From positions 1-52,657 of the forward strand of contig CAZHPN010000016.1 in NCBI GenBank assembly GCA_964534375.1: a stretch of DNA of 52,657 nt, read 5' to 3'. The notes beneath the pieces are model-generated. The model saw nothing but the letters and a program-made list of their open reading frames with translations, searched no databases and had not been told where the DNA came from. Each line of letters opens with the position of its first letter. Position 1 is the first letter of the stretch. The DNA is from an uncultured bacterium. GTDB taxonomy: Bacteria > Lernaellota > Lernaellaia > Lernaellales > Lernaellaceae. Of the stretch, positions 36,748 through 46,935 are shown one piece after another. A program made the translations under genes and the position numbers.

Positions 36748-37148
36748 AGAGAGTTCCGCTGCGTGTTCGCGTAGCGCTTCCATTGAAGTTGAGGCGCGCC
36801 GAAGTTGACGATCAAGCCGACCGGAAGATTTGTCGCCTTCAAATAGTTGAGGATTTGCGCCTCATCGATTTCCGTGATCGCTTTGGCCGCCTTGATCTCG
36901 ACCACAATCTGCTCATGGCACAAGAAATCGACGATGTACTCCTTGTTCAACGGCCGGCCCTTATACGAAATCTCCAGCCGTTTCTGCGGCACATGGGGAA
37001 GCTCTCGTTCATCAAATTCGATCGCCAACGCCTCCTGGTAGACCGCTTCCAGAAATCCGCAACCCAGTTGATTCATCACTTCCATCGCCGCGCCCACAAC
37101 CTGATAAACCTCATCTCTCAACACCAATTCGCGCTTATTCCCGTTCAT
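36744..37148 (-). CDS. GxxExxY protein (PD-(D/E)XK nuclease superfamily)
   Basis: GAAMEV...LGCGFLEAVYQEAL, YKG, DFL...IVVEIKA, AQILNYLKAT..GLIVNFG. Confidence 0.95.
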   Translation of the reverse strand: MNGNKRELVLRDEVYQVVGAAMEVMNQLGCGFLEAVYQEALAIEFDERELPHVPQKRLEISYKGRPLNKEYIVDFLCHEQIVVEIKAAKAITEIDEAQILNYLKATNLPVGLIVNFGAPQLQWKRYANTQRNSL

Positions 37149-37153
37149 TGCCC

Positions 37154-37251
37154 ATCCTGCCGAATCATATTCGCGTGCATTCGCGTGCATTCGCGGTTTC
37201 TTTCCGATCCTGCCGAATCATATTCGCGTGCATTCGCGTGCATTCGCGGTT
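37154..37251. repeat. Two identical 45-bp direct repeats (37154-37198, 37207-37251), each containing the right 30-bp arm
   Basis: atcctgccgaatcatattcgcgtgcattcgcgtgcattcgcggtt x2; partial third copy at about 37257-37279. Confidence 0.95.
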
Positions 37252-37286
37252 AAACAATCCTGCATCCTCATTCGCGGTCAGAACCT

Positions 37287-40200
37287 TCATTGCGCGAGGT
37301 TATCATTCGGCGTGAACCTTAGCGGTCGCGCCGATCGTTGTTTCTCGGTGTCCTGCCGCTGCTGCGCCACGCGCGCCCGCAGTTTCGCGGTCGCGTCATC
37401 GCCGAGCGTCGCCAGCGCCGCCTCGCCCGTTTCGGCCGCCGCGGCGGGCCGGTCGATGGCCGCCCAGGCGTTGACGACGGCCAGTGCGAGTTCGGCGCGT
37501 TCGGCCTTCGGCGTGACGCGCCACCAGGCCGCGAGGGCGTCGGAGTTGGCGGTTGCCGCGAGCGGGTCGGCCAACTGCGCCGGCGACGCCGGCATGCCCA
37601 AGTGGTTGAGCCGCAGCAGTCCGGCGAACGGCGTGCGCGCGAGCTCCAGCCAGGCCAGGCGGCGCGCCGCGGCTTTATCGGCCGGGTCGAGCCGCAGCAG
37701 TTCCGCCAGGGCCTGCTGTTCGCGCACGAGATCGCCGGTCAGCCGCAACGCCCGTGCGCGCATTCGCCACGTCGCCATCGGATAACGCAGCGGCTCGCCC
37801 AGCGCCGCGAGCGCTTGCGCGGCTTTGTCGCCGCGCGACTCGCGCAAGGCGAGCGCCGCCAGCGCCAATTCGCGCGCCGGCGAGGCCGCCGCCGCGAGGG
37901 CCGATTCCCAGCGCCGCGCAGTTCCCGCCACGGCGGCGGCCGTCTCGGCGGCGCGGCTGACGACGTCGATCAAAGACGCCTGGCCGTAGGTTCCGTCGCG
38001 CCAGCCGTTGGCCAAGTGCGTCGCCGCGGCTTCGACGCGGCCGGCCGCGAGATAGGCGACGACGCGCAGGCTGGCCGCGGCAACCGCCGAGCCGTCGAGC
38101 GCGACGGCCTGATCGATGAGCGGCAACGCCTCGCCGGCCGCGCCGTTTTCCACCAGCGTGGTCGCGAGACTCGTCAGCATCTGCTCCGAGTCGCCGCACA
38201 TTTCCCGCAATTCCGTCGTCAACTCCCGGGCCGCCGGCAGGTTCTGCAAACGCAGGTACGCGGCCAGGGATTTGCGGCCGGCGTCGAACTCGGCCGAACC
38301 CGACTCGTGTTCGTTGACGGTTGCGAGCCACCGCGCCGTCAGTTGTTCGTCGCGACGAATGGGCTCGAAAAAGGCCAGCCACACGCGGTCGGCGGCGGTG
38401 GACATGCCGGCTTGGCGGAGAATCTCAATAATCGCCGCCGCAAAGTCGTCGTCGACGCGGCCTTGCACGCAGCCGAGGGCCAGCGCCTCGGCGGCGCGTT
38501 CGCCGTCGAAGAGCGCGGCGGCCCGCACGCGTTGGCGGCGCATCGCATCGGTCTCTTCAACGTCCGCCGGCGCCTCCGCCGGGTAGTATTTCGCCAGCGC
38601 GGCGAACGCCCGGCGCGCGAGATTTTCTTCCTTGGCGGTCAGCGCGTACTCCAGCGCCGCCTCCGCCACATGGCGGTTGACGTAGACCGAGTAGCGGCGC
38701 AGATCGTCCGCGAGCCGCTCGAGCGCCAGCAACCAGGTCGAAACGACCGCGCCGGCGGGAACGCGGTCCCTGGCGATCAACTCGCGCAAGTCGGTCGAAT
38801 CGAGACGGCTGGCGGAGAGCGCATTTCGCGCCGCGGCGGCCGCTTCCCGCGGGCTGACGTTCTTCGCGGCGAAGGCGAGAAATTCTCCGACGGCATCGAC
38901 GCGTTGGTACGACGCGAGCGCCGGCAAGCGGTCGTTCAGGATGCCGCGCCACCGCGCAACGGCGTCCGACGCGCGGCCGATGTCGGCCATCAGCGCGGCG
39001 TAGCGCGGCGCCGCCGCCAACGCGGTTTTCGGATCGGCGACGAGCGAGGCGAGCGCGTCGGCGGCCTGGCGGTCGCGGCCCTGCGCGTGCAGATGGCGCG
39101 CCTTGGCGGCGAGGAGTTCTTCGCCGCCGCCCAGCATTTCGGCGCGCGCCAGGAAGTCGTCGGCCTTTGCGAAGCGCTGGGCCTGGTCGAGGGCGGCGAC
39201 GACCCGCAGGTAGGCTGCCGGCGTCAGCGGCTGCCGTTCGGGTTCGGCGTACAGCCACGGCGCGCCGGCTTCGTCGCCGCGCGTAGTCAGCCATTCGCCG
39301 TAGTTGAAGGCGAAGTGGGTCCAAAGCTTGTCGGTCGCCTGCTCCGGCGGCGGCTTGACGCCCGCGTGCGATCCGATCAGCAGCGGCAGCCCCAGCAGTT
39401 CGGCGTAGGCCTTCTTGGCGTCGGCGGCGAATTTCGGGTCGGCCTGATAGGCCAGGGCGCGCTTCGCGAGCAGCCAGCGCGGACCCTTCGCGGCGAATTG
39501 CTTGTTCAGCGCCGTAATCAGCCGCGCGGTCTGTCCCTGTTGCGCCAGCCACACAGTCAGCGGCCCCGGTTGCGGGCAGGCGCCGCTTTCCGCGAGCTTG
39601 TCGAGCGTCGCGCCGTCGAGCAGCGAAAAGTAACGGGCCGTCGCGGCATCCGGCGCCGCCAGCGCCGTGACGCGCTGGCGCGAGCCGACGACGCGCGCCA
39701 GCAGTTGTTTTTCGGCGGCGAACTCGCCCGCCGCGCGCAGCAGCGCCGCCGTTTCGATGACGGCGTCGTCGGCCGCGGGCAGCGCGGGCGAGACCCCGGC
39801 GGCCTGGGCGGCCAGCGGCGCGAGCGGCTCGGTCGCGGCGCGCGTGCGCAGCAACGCGGCGAGCGCCATGGCCGGCGGGCGGCCCTTGTCGTTGTTTGCC
39901 GTTTGGCCGGCGAGTTCCGTCAGTTCGCGCCGGAGCAGCTCGGCCGCGAGCTCCGGCAGTTGGGCGCGGCGCGCCGCCGCCGCCGCGTTGTCGTAGGCGG
40001 CGTTCTTCTTTTTCGCATTCTTCACGGCGTCATCGAGCATGTTCGCGTACAGCGGGGCCGCGGCCTGGCGCGTCGCGGCGTCCGCACGGTCGCCGAGCCA
40101 GTCGGCCAGCGCGCCGGTCGTCAGGCCGTCCAACTGCGCGAGGGTCTTGCGAATCGGTTCGCGGCCGACCGGATGCGTCGCGGCCAGCGCCTTTTCCAAT

Positions 40201-43200
40201 TGCGCGCGCACGGCCTGCAGTTGGGCGATCGCTTGCGCCACGCCGGCCGTCTCGAGTTGGTCGGCGAGCCACGCGGGCAGGAAGGCGTCGTCGAGCGTCC
40301 GTTTGTCGGGCTGCGCCAAGACCAGATTCAACGCCTGCGCGGCGTACTTGCGCGCCGCGATCGCGCGGCCGTGGCGGCGGGCGAGATCGGCGGCGGCGGT
40401 CGCGCGGCCGACCTCGGTGTCCGCGGCGGCGAGGATGCGGTCGAGCCACGCTTCGGCCTCGGCCGGCTGGTTCGCGAGATAAAGCACCTCGGCCACGCGC
40501 ATCTGGTAGTCGGCGCCGGTCAGCCGGCGTGCGGCGAGCGTGCGATAGACGGCGACCGCGCCGGCGAAATCGCCGGCCTTGATCAGCACGGCGGCGCGGC
40601 GTTCCAGCAAATCGAGCCGCTGCGGTTCGTTGGCGGCGGCCTTGTCGAGCAGGCGCGCGGCGTCGGCGTACCGGCCGTCGGCCTCGTAGAGCGCCGCCGT
40701 CACGAATTGCCAGCGATAGTCGCGGTTGGCGCGCTCGGCCTCGCGCTCGTAATACGCCAGCAGCGGCGCGAGCTGGTTGCGCCGCTTCGCATAACGATAG
40801 GCGGCCAGCACCGGCTCTTCGTCCGGCGCGTTGCGATTGATGATTTGCATGTGCTCTTCGAGCGCCTCGCGGAACCGGCCCAGGTCGGTCAGGGCGACGA
40901 TCAATTTGCCGCGCAATTCCGCCTCGCGCGCCTTTTTTGCGGCGTCGCCGAGATCGGCTTTTTTCAAGTCGTTCAGGACCGTTTGGTACAGCGCGACGAG
41001 CCCGTCGCGATCGCCCTTCGCCACATAGGCTTTGGCCATCGTGCCGACGATCGCCGGTTCCGTCGGGCGGTCCCGCCGCAGTTGCGCCATGGCGTCGAGC
41101 GCCTGGTCCGGATGTTTCGCCGCCAGGCAGCGGTCCGCGTAGGCGATCCAGAGGCTGACGACGCGCTGGGCGTCGCCGGCTTCTTCGGCGAGGCGGCGAT
41201 GGTAGGTCAGCGCGGCCTCGCGGCGTTCGGTGCGCCAGTAATAATCGGCCGCGTACTGCCACGCGTCATGCCGCGCGCCGTCGGTTTGCGCGAACGCCAG
41301 CAGCTCCGCCACCGTCTTGTCGGCGTCGGTTCGCGCGCCGCGGTTTTCGTAGAACGCGGCCAGGCGGCGCAGCATCGCCGGATCGTTCTTGCCGATCGCG
41401 ACCAACCGGCGCAGGCACGCCTCGGCGCCGTGTTCGTCGCCGACTTCCATGAACATCGCCAGGACGCCTTCGGCGAAGGCGACGTCGTCATAACGGGGCA
41501 GCAGCTTGAGCGCCGCGGCCTTGGCGTCGTCCAGGCGATCGCCGTCGCGCAGCCATTGGAGATAGTGCAACGCGGCTTCCCCCGTCGCGTCGGGCCGCGT
41601 CACGCCGCGCCAGAACGCGGCATCCACCGCCGCCGCCGTGGTCTTGCCGCGCTCGATCAACTCGCGCAGGTGATTCCCGGCTTCGAAGCGGCCGTAGCCG
41701 TCGCCGGTCGCCGCGACGGCCAATTCAGCGAGCGCGTCGTCGAGCCGGCCCTCGGTTTCCAGCAAATACGCCATTTCCGTTGCAAGCAGCTCCGGATCGC
41801 CGACGCGTTTGCGCGCCTCGTCCAGCGCGTCGCGGGCCTGCGCCGGCAGGTAGTAATCCCAATACAGCGTCGCCAGTTCGAGCCAGCGCGACGTTTCGCC
41901 CGGGGCCGCGGCCGGAATTGTTTCCCACGCGGCGGCGGCGTCGCGGGGCCGGCCGCCCTCGAGCAGCGCCTCGCCTTGCAGCGTGCGCGGCTCGATTTCC
42001 AGCGGCCGCCGCACGGCCTGGCGGTCCCACACCGCCGCCGCCTCGGCCGCCAGCGCCGGGTCGCGAACGTAAAAGCTGTTCGCCAGGCTGCGGGCGACCG
42101 TCGCCTGCGCGCTCGTGATCGCGATCGCGCCGGTCCAGCGTTCGGCCAGCGCGGCGTAGCCCCGGCGCGCCGCCTCGTAGTTGGCGAGGAACTGCTGGCC
42201 GCGCGTCCACAGATAGGCCTCGACCGGCTGCACGATCCGCTGCTGCGCCAATTTGGCGAGCATGCCGCGCAGCATTTCGCGCTGCGCCAGCCGCCGCAGC
42301 ACGCGGTCCGGGATCTGCCGGTCGAGCGCGACGCAGCGCAGGCCGAGATCGAGAAATTTGTCCTGGTAATCGGTTTGCGGACGCGCGCCCGCGAAGCCGC
42401 GGCGTTCGTAGCAGTCGAGCAGCCGCAGATTCATGACGACATTTGCCGGAAAACGCTGCAAGGCGATCGTGTACAGTTTTTCGAACAGCGCATCGCCCGC
42501 GTCGCCGCCCGCGATTTCCTTGAACTGCGCGGCGAGAAAATCGGCCAGTTCGCCTTCGCCCAACTGCTGTGCGGCGTTCGTCGTCAGTGACTCGAAGTCG
42601 GCGCGGCGTTTCTCGCGCAGCAGCCAGCGCGCGAACTTGTCGGTCCAATTCTTGCGATTGAAGCGCTCGATCGCCGTGCGGTACGCGCGGGCCTCGTCGT
42701 CGAAGAGCCGGTGGTCGTCGACGAAATCGAGCAGCTCCTGCATCGCGGTTTCGTCTTGCGGGAAGCGTTCGACGCGCTCCCACTTCAACGCCAGCACTTC
42801 CGGATACCGGCGCTTTTCGAGCAAGAGCTGTTCGAGGCGTTGCTGCGCCGTCGCCGCCGCCTCTTCCTGCCCGGCGGCGCGCGCGGTCTGCGCCGCGCGG
42901 CGGAGCGCAGCCACCTGCCCGTCGACATCGTGGCGAATCGCGGCCGCGTCGGCGCGCCAGAGCAGGATGCGGCCGACCGCCGGCTGACTTTCGCCGAAGC
43001 GCGCGAGCAGGCGATCGGCCAGGCGCGACAACGGTTCGGCCAATTCGGCTTTCGTCAAAATCGCCGCCGCGACGGCCGCGGCCTCGTAGCACGCCGTCGC
43101 ATCCGGCGCGGCCTCGGCGGCGGCGAGCGCGAGTTGCGCGGCGACGCGCTGGTTGCCGTACCGCCCGCCGACGGCCGGCATATTGTTCATCGCGGCCCGC

Positions 43201-44588
43201 CCGCCCAGACGATTGATCCCGAGCGACAACAAACCGCCGACGACGCCAGGGCCGCGATCCGCGAACGCCGGCGCAAACGCGCCCGCCGGCGACAGGGCCG
43301 TCGGCCACGCCGCCGCGTCGCCCGCCTGCGCCACGATGCGCGCCGCCGCCGTCGTCGTTTCGACTTTGCCGTCGTCCGCGAGCGCGGCATCCAGCGCCCA
43401 CGTCGCCGCCAGACCGCCGAGCCCGGCGCGCGTCGCCAGCGCCGACAGCCGCAAGAGCGCCTTCGGGTCGGCGTCGGCGCTCGCGCGCGTCGCGTTCGCC
43501 GCCAATTCGTCGCGCGCCAGGTCGCCCCGGCCCCGCGCGAGATCGAGGGCGGCGACCGACCGCAAATTCGCGGCGCTGGGCGCGGATTTCAGCGCGTCGA
43601 GCAACTGCGTGCGGCGCGCGTCGGCGAGGTTCGCGTCCTCCAGCAGCCGGCCGTAGATGTTGAATATTTCGTCGTCGTCCGCTTGGCTCAGGGTCTCTTC
43701 CGCCAACCGCAGCAGGCGGTCCGGCTGGCCCTGAAGGCGATACGCCTCTTTCGCCAGCTCCCACAATTCCGCGAGATTTTTTGTGTAGCGCGTCAGGCGC
43801 GGTCCGAGTATGGCTTGCGCCTGCGCCGATTTCTTTTCCGCCAGCAGGCCGCTGACGATCGTCGCGAGCAGCTTGGGGTCCTGCGGGAACGCGTCGACGA
43901 GCGTCAGCCGCAGCGCTTCGACGCCGGCCGTCGCCACGAGCGCCCGGCGGGCCACCGCCGCGCGATCCGCCAGCGCCGCGCCGGCCGCCGCGACCGGCGC
44001 GTCGCGATCCTTGCCCGCCGCGGCGGCCCGGCCGCGCCGCAACAGCATCTGGAAATACGCCTCGTTCGCGACGAGCCACTCGGCCACGCGGTTCTGGCCA
44101 TCGAGCCCTTCCAGCAGCGCCCGATGGGCCGTTTCATCGTCGGGAACCTGCGCGACCCGCGCGCGGCGAACGGCGACGGCCTGATCGACCTGCCCCGTGT
44201 CGAGCAGGGCATCGACCAACGCGTCGCGTTCCGCGTCGGCGAGGTCCGCGCGGCCCCGATACGCGGCGATGATCGCGCGCGGCGGACGCGGCGCGAAACT
44301 CTCGGCCCCGAGCAACGTCTGCCGCTCGATCGTCGGCGTGACGGCGGGTTTGGGCGAATCGTCGAGCGCGAACGGCAGGCCCGGCGCCGGCGCCGCGGGC
44401 CGAAGATCGGCTTTCGCAAGACGCAGCAACTCGGGAAATTTGGCGATGCGTTCTTTCGCGCCCGGGAGCATCACGAGGCGGGCGGACGCGATCGTCGGCG
44501 GCCGGCGGACGACGCGAAAAATCGCGACGCCAGCGACGACGAGCGCCGCGGCCAGGAACAGCACCAGCGCGCGCGCCCTACGGTTCAC
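37287..44588 (-). CDS. Giant (2433 aa) TPR-like helical protein with N-terminal membrane anchor
   Basis: Continuous ORF with high-GC3 codon usage, an N-terminal TM and repeated TPR-like A..A...Y/W..A motifs. Confidence 0.85.
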   Translation of the reverse strand: MNRRARALVLFLAAALVVAGVAIFRVVRRPPTIASARLVMLPGAKERIAKFPELLRLAKADLRPAAPAPGLPFALDDSPKPAVTPTIERQTLLGAESFAPRPPRAIIAAYRGRADLADAERDALVDALLDTGQVDQAVAVRRARVAQVPDDETAHRALLEGLDGQNRVAEWLVANEAYFQMLLRRGRAAAAGKDRDAPVAAAGAALADRAAVARRALVATAGVEALRLTLVDAFPQDPKLLATIVSGLLAEKKSAQAQAILGPRLTRYTKNLAELWELAKEAYRLQGQPDRLLRLAEETLSQADDDEIFNIYGRLLEDANLADARRTQLLDALKSAPSAANLRSVAALDLARGRGDLARDELAANATRASADADPKALLRLSALATRAGLGGLAATWALDAALADDGKVETTTAAARIVAQAGDAAAWPTALSPAGAFAPAFADRGPGVVGGLLSLGINRLGGRAAMNNMPAVGGRYGNQRVAAQLALAAAEAAPDATACYEAAAVAAAILTKAELAEPLSRLADRLLARFGESQPAVGRILLWRADAAAIRHDVDGQVAALRRAAQTARAAGQEEAAATAQQRLEQLLLEKRRYPEVLALKWERVERFPQDETAMQELLDFVDDHRLFDDEARAYRTAIERFNRKNWTDKFARWLLREKRRADFESLTTNAAQQLGEGELADFLAAQFKEIAGGDAGDALFEKLYTIALQRFPANVVMNLRLLDCYERRGFAGARPQTDYQDKFLDLGLRCVALDRQIPDRVLRRLAQREMLRGMLAKLAQQRIVQPVEAYLWTRGQQFLANYEAARRGYAALAERWTGAIAITSAQATVARSLANSFYVRDPALAAEAAAVWDRQAVRRPLEIEPRTLQGEALLEGGRPRDAAAAWETIPAAAPGETSRWLELATLYWDYYLPAQARDALDEARKRVGDPELLATEMAYLLETEGRLDDALAELAVAATGDGYGRFEAGNHLRELIERGKTTAAAVDAAFWRGVTRPDATGEAALHYLQWLRDGDRLDDAKAAALKLLPRYDDVAFAEGVLAMFMEVGDEHGAEACLRRLVAIGKNDPAMLRRLAAFYENRGARTDADKTVAELLAFAQTDGARHDAWQYAADYYWRTERREAALTYHRRLAEEAGDAQRVVSLWIAYADRCLAAKHPDQALDAMAQLRRDRPTEPAIVGTMAKAYVAKGDRDGLVALYQTVLNDLKKADLGDAAKKAREAELRGKLIVALTDLGRFREALEEHMQIINRNAPDEEPVLAAYRYAKRRNQLAPLLAYYEREAERANRDYRWQFVTAALYEADGRYADAARLLDKAAANEPQRLDLLERRAAVLIKAGDFAGAVAVYRTLAARRLTGADYQMRVAEVLYLANQPAEAEAWLDRILAAADTEVGRATAAADLARRHGRAIAARKYAAQALNLVLAQPDKRTLDDAFLPAWLADQLETAGVAQAIAQLQAVRAQLEKALAATHPVGREPIRKTLAQLDGLTTGALADWLGDRADAATRQAAAPLYANMLDDAVKNAKKKNAAYDNAAAAARRAQLPELAAELLRRELTELAGQTANNDKGRPPAMALAALLRTRAATEPLAPLAAQAAGVSPALPAADDAVIETAALLRAAGEFAAEKQLLARVVGSRQRVTALAAPDAATARYFSLLDGATLDKLAESGACPQPGPLTVWLAQQGQTARLITALNKQFAAKGPRWLLAKRALAYQADPKFAADAKKAYAELLGLPLLIGSHAGVKPPPEQATDKLWTHFAFNYGEWLTTRGDEAGAPWLYAEPERQPLTPAAYLRVVAALDQAQRFAKADDFLARAEMLGGGEELLAAKARHLHAQGRDRQAADALASLVADPKTALAAAPRYAALMADIGRASDAVARWRGILNDRLPALASYQRVDAVGEFLAFAAKNVSPREAAAAARNALSASRLDSTDLRELIARDRVPAGAVVSTWLLALERLADDLRRYSVYVNRHVAEAALEYALTAKEENLARRAFAALAKYYPAEAPADVEETDAMRRQRVRAAALFDGERAAEALALGCVQGRVDDDFAAAIIEILRQAGMSTAADRVWLAFFEPIRRDEQLTARWLATVNEHESGSAEFDAGRKSLAAYLRLQNLPAARELTTELREMCGDSEQMLTSLATTLVENGAAGEALPLIDQAVALDGSAVAAASLRVVAYLAAGRVEAAATHLANGWRDGTYGQASLIDVVSRAAETAAAVAGTARRWESALAAAASPARELALAALALRESRGDKAAQALAALGEPLRYPMATWRMRARALRLTGDLVREQQALAELLRLDPADKAAARRLAWLELARTPFAGLLRLNHLGMPASPAQLADPLAATANSDALAAWWRVTPKAERAELALAVVNAWAAIDRPAAAAETGEAALATLGDDATAKLRARVAQQRQDTEKQRSARPLRFTPNDNLAQ

Positions 44589-46923
44589 GGACCACCTCGA
44601 CGTCGATCATCGTGCGGCTGACGTTAAACGCGAAATCTTCCGCGTAGATCTCCAACTTCGCCGGGCCGAGCGGCGCGCCCTCCGGAATCTCCAGGTAGCC
44701 GACGTTCGCCTTGGCCGCGGCGTCCCAGCGCAGCGACGCGCTGGCGGTGAACGGCAGCCGGGCGCTGAGCCGGCGCGTGTCGGCGTCGGCAAAGACGGCG
44801 ATGCGCGCCTTGCCGCCGGCCGGCAGCTTTTTGTTCATCGCCGGCCGCACCGTCGGCGCGCGGCTGTCAAGGACAAAGGCTTTCGCTTCGACGTATTGCC
44901 GGCCTTCACGGTCGGTCAGGATGAGCTGGCAGACGTATTCGCCGTCGGGGAAACCCGGCGGCGCGAGAAAACGCACCTGCCAGATGTCTTCGTCTTCGAG
45001 GTAGGTCAGCGGCGCGGTCAGGCCGAAGGGGAAAATGGCCGCAATCGCCACGATGTCGGCGGCGGCGCGCACGCGCAGCAGCGGATCGCCCGGGCGAATC
45101 ACGCGCGGCCGCAGCAGGGCGCGCGGCGCGGCGAGAAAGCTGGTGTACGGCGTGACGAAGGTGAAGCGTTTGGACAACGCCACGATCTCGTCGATCCATT
45201 CCTGTTTCTCGCCTTCGCGGCGGATGCGCTCGACCAGGTAATCGACGCGCGCCTTCGCCCAGCGGCGGCGCAGGCCCTCGTGGTCGGTTTGTTTGGCCGG
45301 CAGTTCGACGGCGACGGTCTTCTCCTGCGGCGGCGCGCCGTCGGGCTGCCAGCGCACGGTGACCGTATCGGCGCCGGGCGCGGCGTACCGGCCGACCACG
45401 GCGGCCTCGCTGCCGGCGAACGTCGCGGGAATCGCGGCCGGGTAGGCGTCGACGATGTTCGCCCGCCGGCCGAACCACAATTCGATGCGGCGCATCACCG
45501 CGGCCGACATCCGCGCCGTCACGGTTTTCGCAAGCGCGGCCGTGTCGGCCCCGTCGGCGCACCAGGCGTAGGCGCCGTCCGCCGCCGCGGCGAGGTCGCT
45601 CAGCAGCGTGCGGTTGGCGTCGTCGCCGACGCCGATCGCGAAGAGCCGCGCGTGCGCCGTCGCCAGCGGCGAGCGCTTGACCGCCTCGAGGATCGGCCCG
45701 TGGCGCAGTTCGCCGGCGGTCGGCCGGCCGTCCGAAAGCAGCAGCACGACGCAGCTTTGTCCCGGAACGCACAACGCGCCGGCGCGGCCGAGCGCGCCGG
45801 CCAGATCCAGACCGCCGGCCAGCGTCTGCCGCCGCAGAAAATCTTCGATCGTCGCGAGCCACGCCGGCGTCGCCGGCTGCGGCGGCCCGGCCGTCGCCTG
45901 GGTCTCGGTGTTGGCGTAGAGCAGCGTGACCGCGTCGGTCGGCGCCAGTTGGCGGGCCAGCGCGCCGGTCAGTTCAACGACGCGCGCCAACTTGTCGCCG
46001 AGCATCGAGAGGCTGCCGTCCACCACGAGAATCACCTGCCGCGCGCCGACGTCGGCCGCCGCGCGCGGCGGGAACATCACGCGGGCGAGCCAGTAACCCG
46101 CCGCATCCTGCGCCATGCCGCCGGTCGGGCTGAGATTCCAATCGGGCTCGTCGGCGTCGCGCCAGGCGACCAGATCGACCGTCGCCTCGCCCAATTTGTA
46201 TTCGGCGGTGAAGGCGAGGTCTTCGTCGATCGGCGCGTCGTCCGCCTCGAAATGGGCGGCGAAACTCTGGGCGTCGCGCCGCGTTACGGCTGGCGTCAAG
46301 TGCGCGCCGTGGAACGTCAGGTTCTCCAGCGGCAGGTCGTCGGCCGCTTCGATGTCGATGACGAGTTTGCCCGCCTGCAGCGCGCCCTCGCCGGTCGGCG
46401 CGAGCGAGAGAACGAAATCGAGCAGGCCGCGTTCGATCGGCGCCGGCGCGCGATAACTCAACTCGATCCGTTTCGCGCCGAAGGGCGGGATCGGCGCCAC
46501 GCGCGTCGAGAACTCGTTGACCAGCGACGGCTCCTCGTCGGCGGCCAGCAGCCCCGGGTCGATCGTCGCGCGGCTGATGTCGCGAAACAGGCGGCGCGCT
46601 TTGGCCTTTTCGATGATCACGCCGGGAATCCGGGTCAGGTCGTCCCACACCGCGAAGCCGTCGATGTCGGCCGCTTCCGGCAACGTCATTTGAAAGCGGG
46701 CTTCCAGCGGACGATCGACGTGGCTTTCCAAGACCTGCAGCATTTCGACGCGGGCCATGCCGTGGTCGAGGCGCACGCGGATTTCCAGCCGCGCCAGCGT
46801 CAGGCTGCCGGCCGGCTGCTCCTCGTCGCCGACGAACGCCGTGACGACGCCCGCATCGGCAAAGGCCGCCGCCGCGCCGAACGCCAGCAACACAAGGCAC
46901 GCGAGGAGCACGCGATGGATCAT
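44578..46923 (-). CDS. Secreted VIT + vWA domain protein (inter-alpha-trypsin inhibitor heavy chain-like architecture)
   Basis: Signal peptide, VIT-like 'F..TLPE.A.I.GFAVW...GVIIEK.KA', MIDAS DGSLS...LSDG, FAIGVG..ANR.LL, FVTPYTSFL. Confidence 0.9.
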   Translation of the reverse strand: MIHRVLLACLVLLAFGAAAAFADAGVVTAFVGDEEQPAGSLTLARLEIRVRLDHGMARVEMLQVLESHVDRPLEARFQMTLPEAADIDGFAVWDDLTRIPGVIIEKAKARRLFRDISRATIDPGLLAADEEPSLVNEFSTRVAPIPPFGAKRIELSYRAPAPIERGLLDFVLSLAPTGEGALQAGKLVIDIEAADDLPLENLTFHGAHLTPAVTRRDAQSFAAHFEADDAPIDEDLAFTAEYKLGEATVDLVAWRDADEPDWNLSPTGGMAQDAAGYWLARVMFPPRAAADVGARQVILVVDGSLSMLGDKLARVVELTGALARQLAPTDAVTLLYANTETQATAGPPQPATPAWLATIEDFLRRQTLAGGLDLAGALGRAGALCVPGQSCVVLLLSDGRPTAGELRHGPILEAVKRSPLATAHARLFAIGVGDDANRTLLSDLAAAADGAYAWCADGADTAALAKTVTARMSAAVMRRIELWFGRRANIVDAYPAAIPATFAGSEAAVVGRYAAPGADTVTVRWQPDGAPPQEKTVAVELPAKQTDHEGLRRRWAKARVDYLVERIRREGEKQEWIDEIVALSKRFTFVTPYTSFLAAPRALLRPRVIRPGDPLLRVRAAADIVAIAAIFPFGLTAPLTYLEDEDIWQVRFLAPPGFPDGEYVCQLILTDREGRQYVEAKAFVLDSRAPTVRPAMNKKLPAGGKARIAVFADADTRRLSARLPFTASASLRWDAAAKANVGYLEIPEGAPLGPAKLEIYAEDFAFNVSRTMIDVEVVREP

Positions 46924-46935
46924 GCGCCGTCCGCC

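Noticed and set aside
37154..37279. 45-bp direct repeats as a CRISPR array
   Set aside because: Only two full copies with an 8-nt gap, internally tandem, no unique spacers and no cas genes
37338..42590. 1750-aa plus-strand ORF and other long overlapping ORFs (2660-5023, 11794-14394, 41725-44079, 44197-47121, 49376-51181)
   Set aside because: Antisense or alternative-frame shadows of real genes, expected at high GC; Arg/Ala/Gly-rich with no motifs
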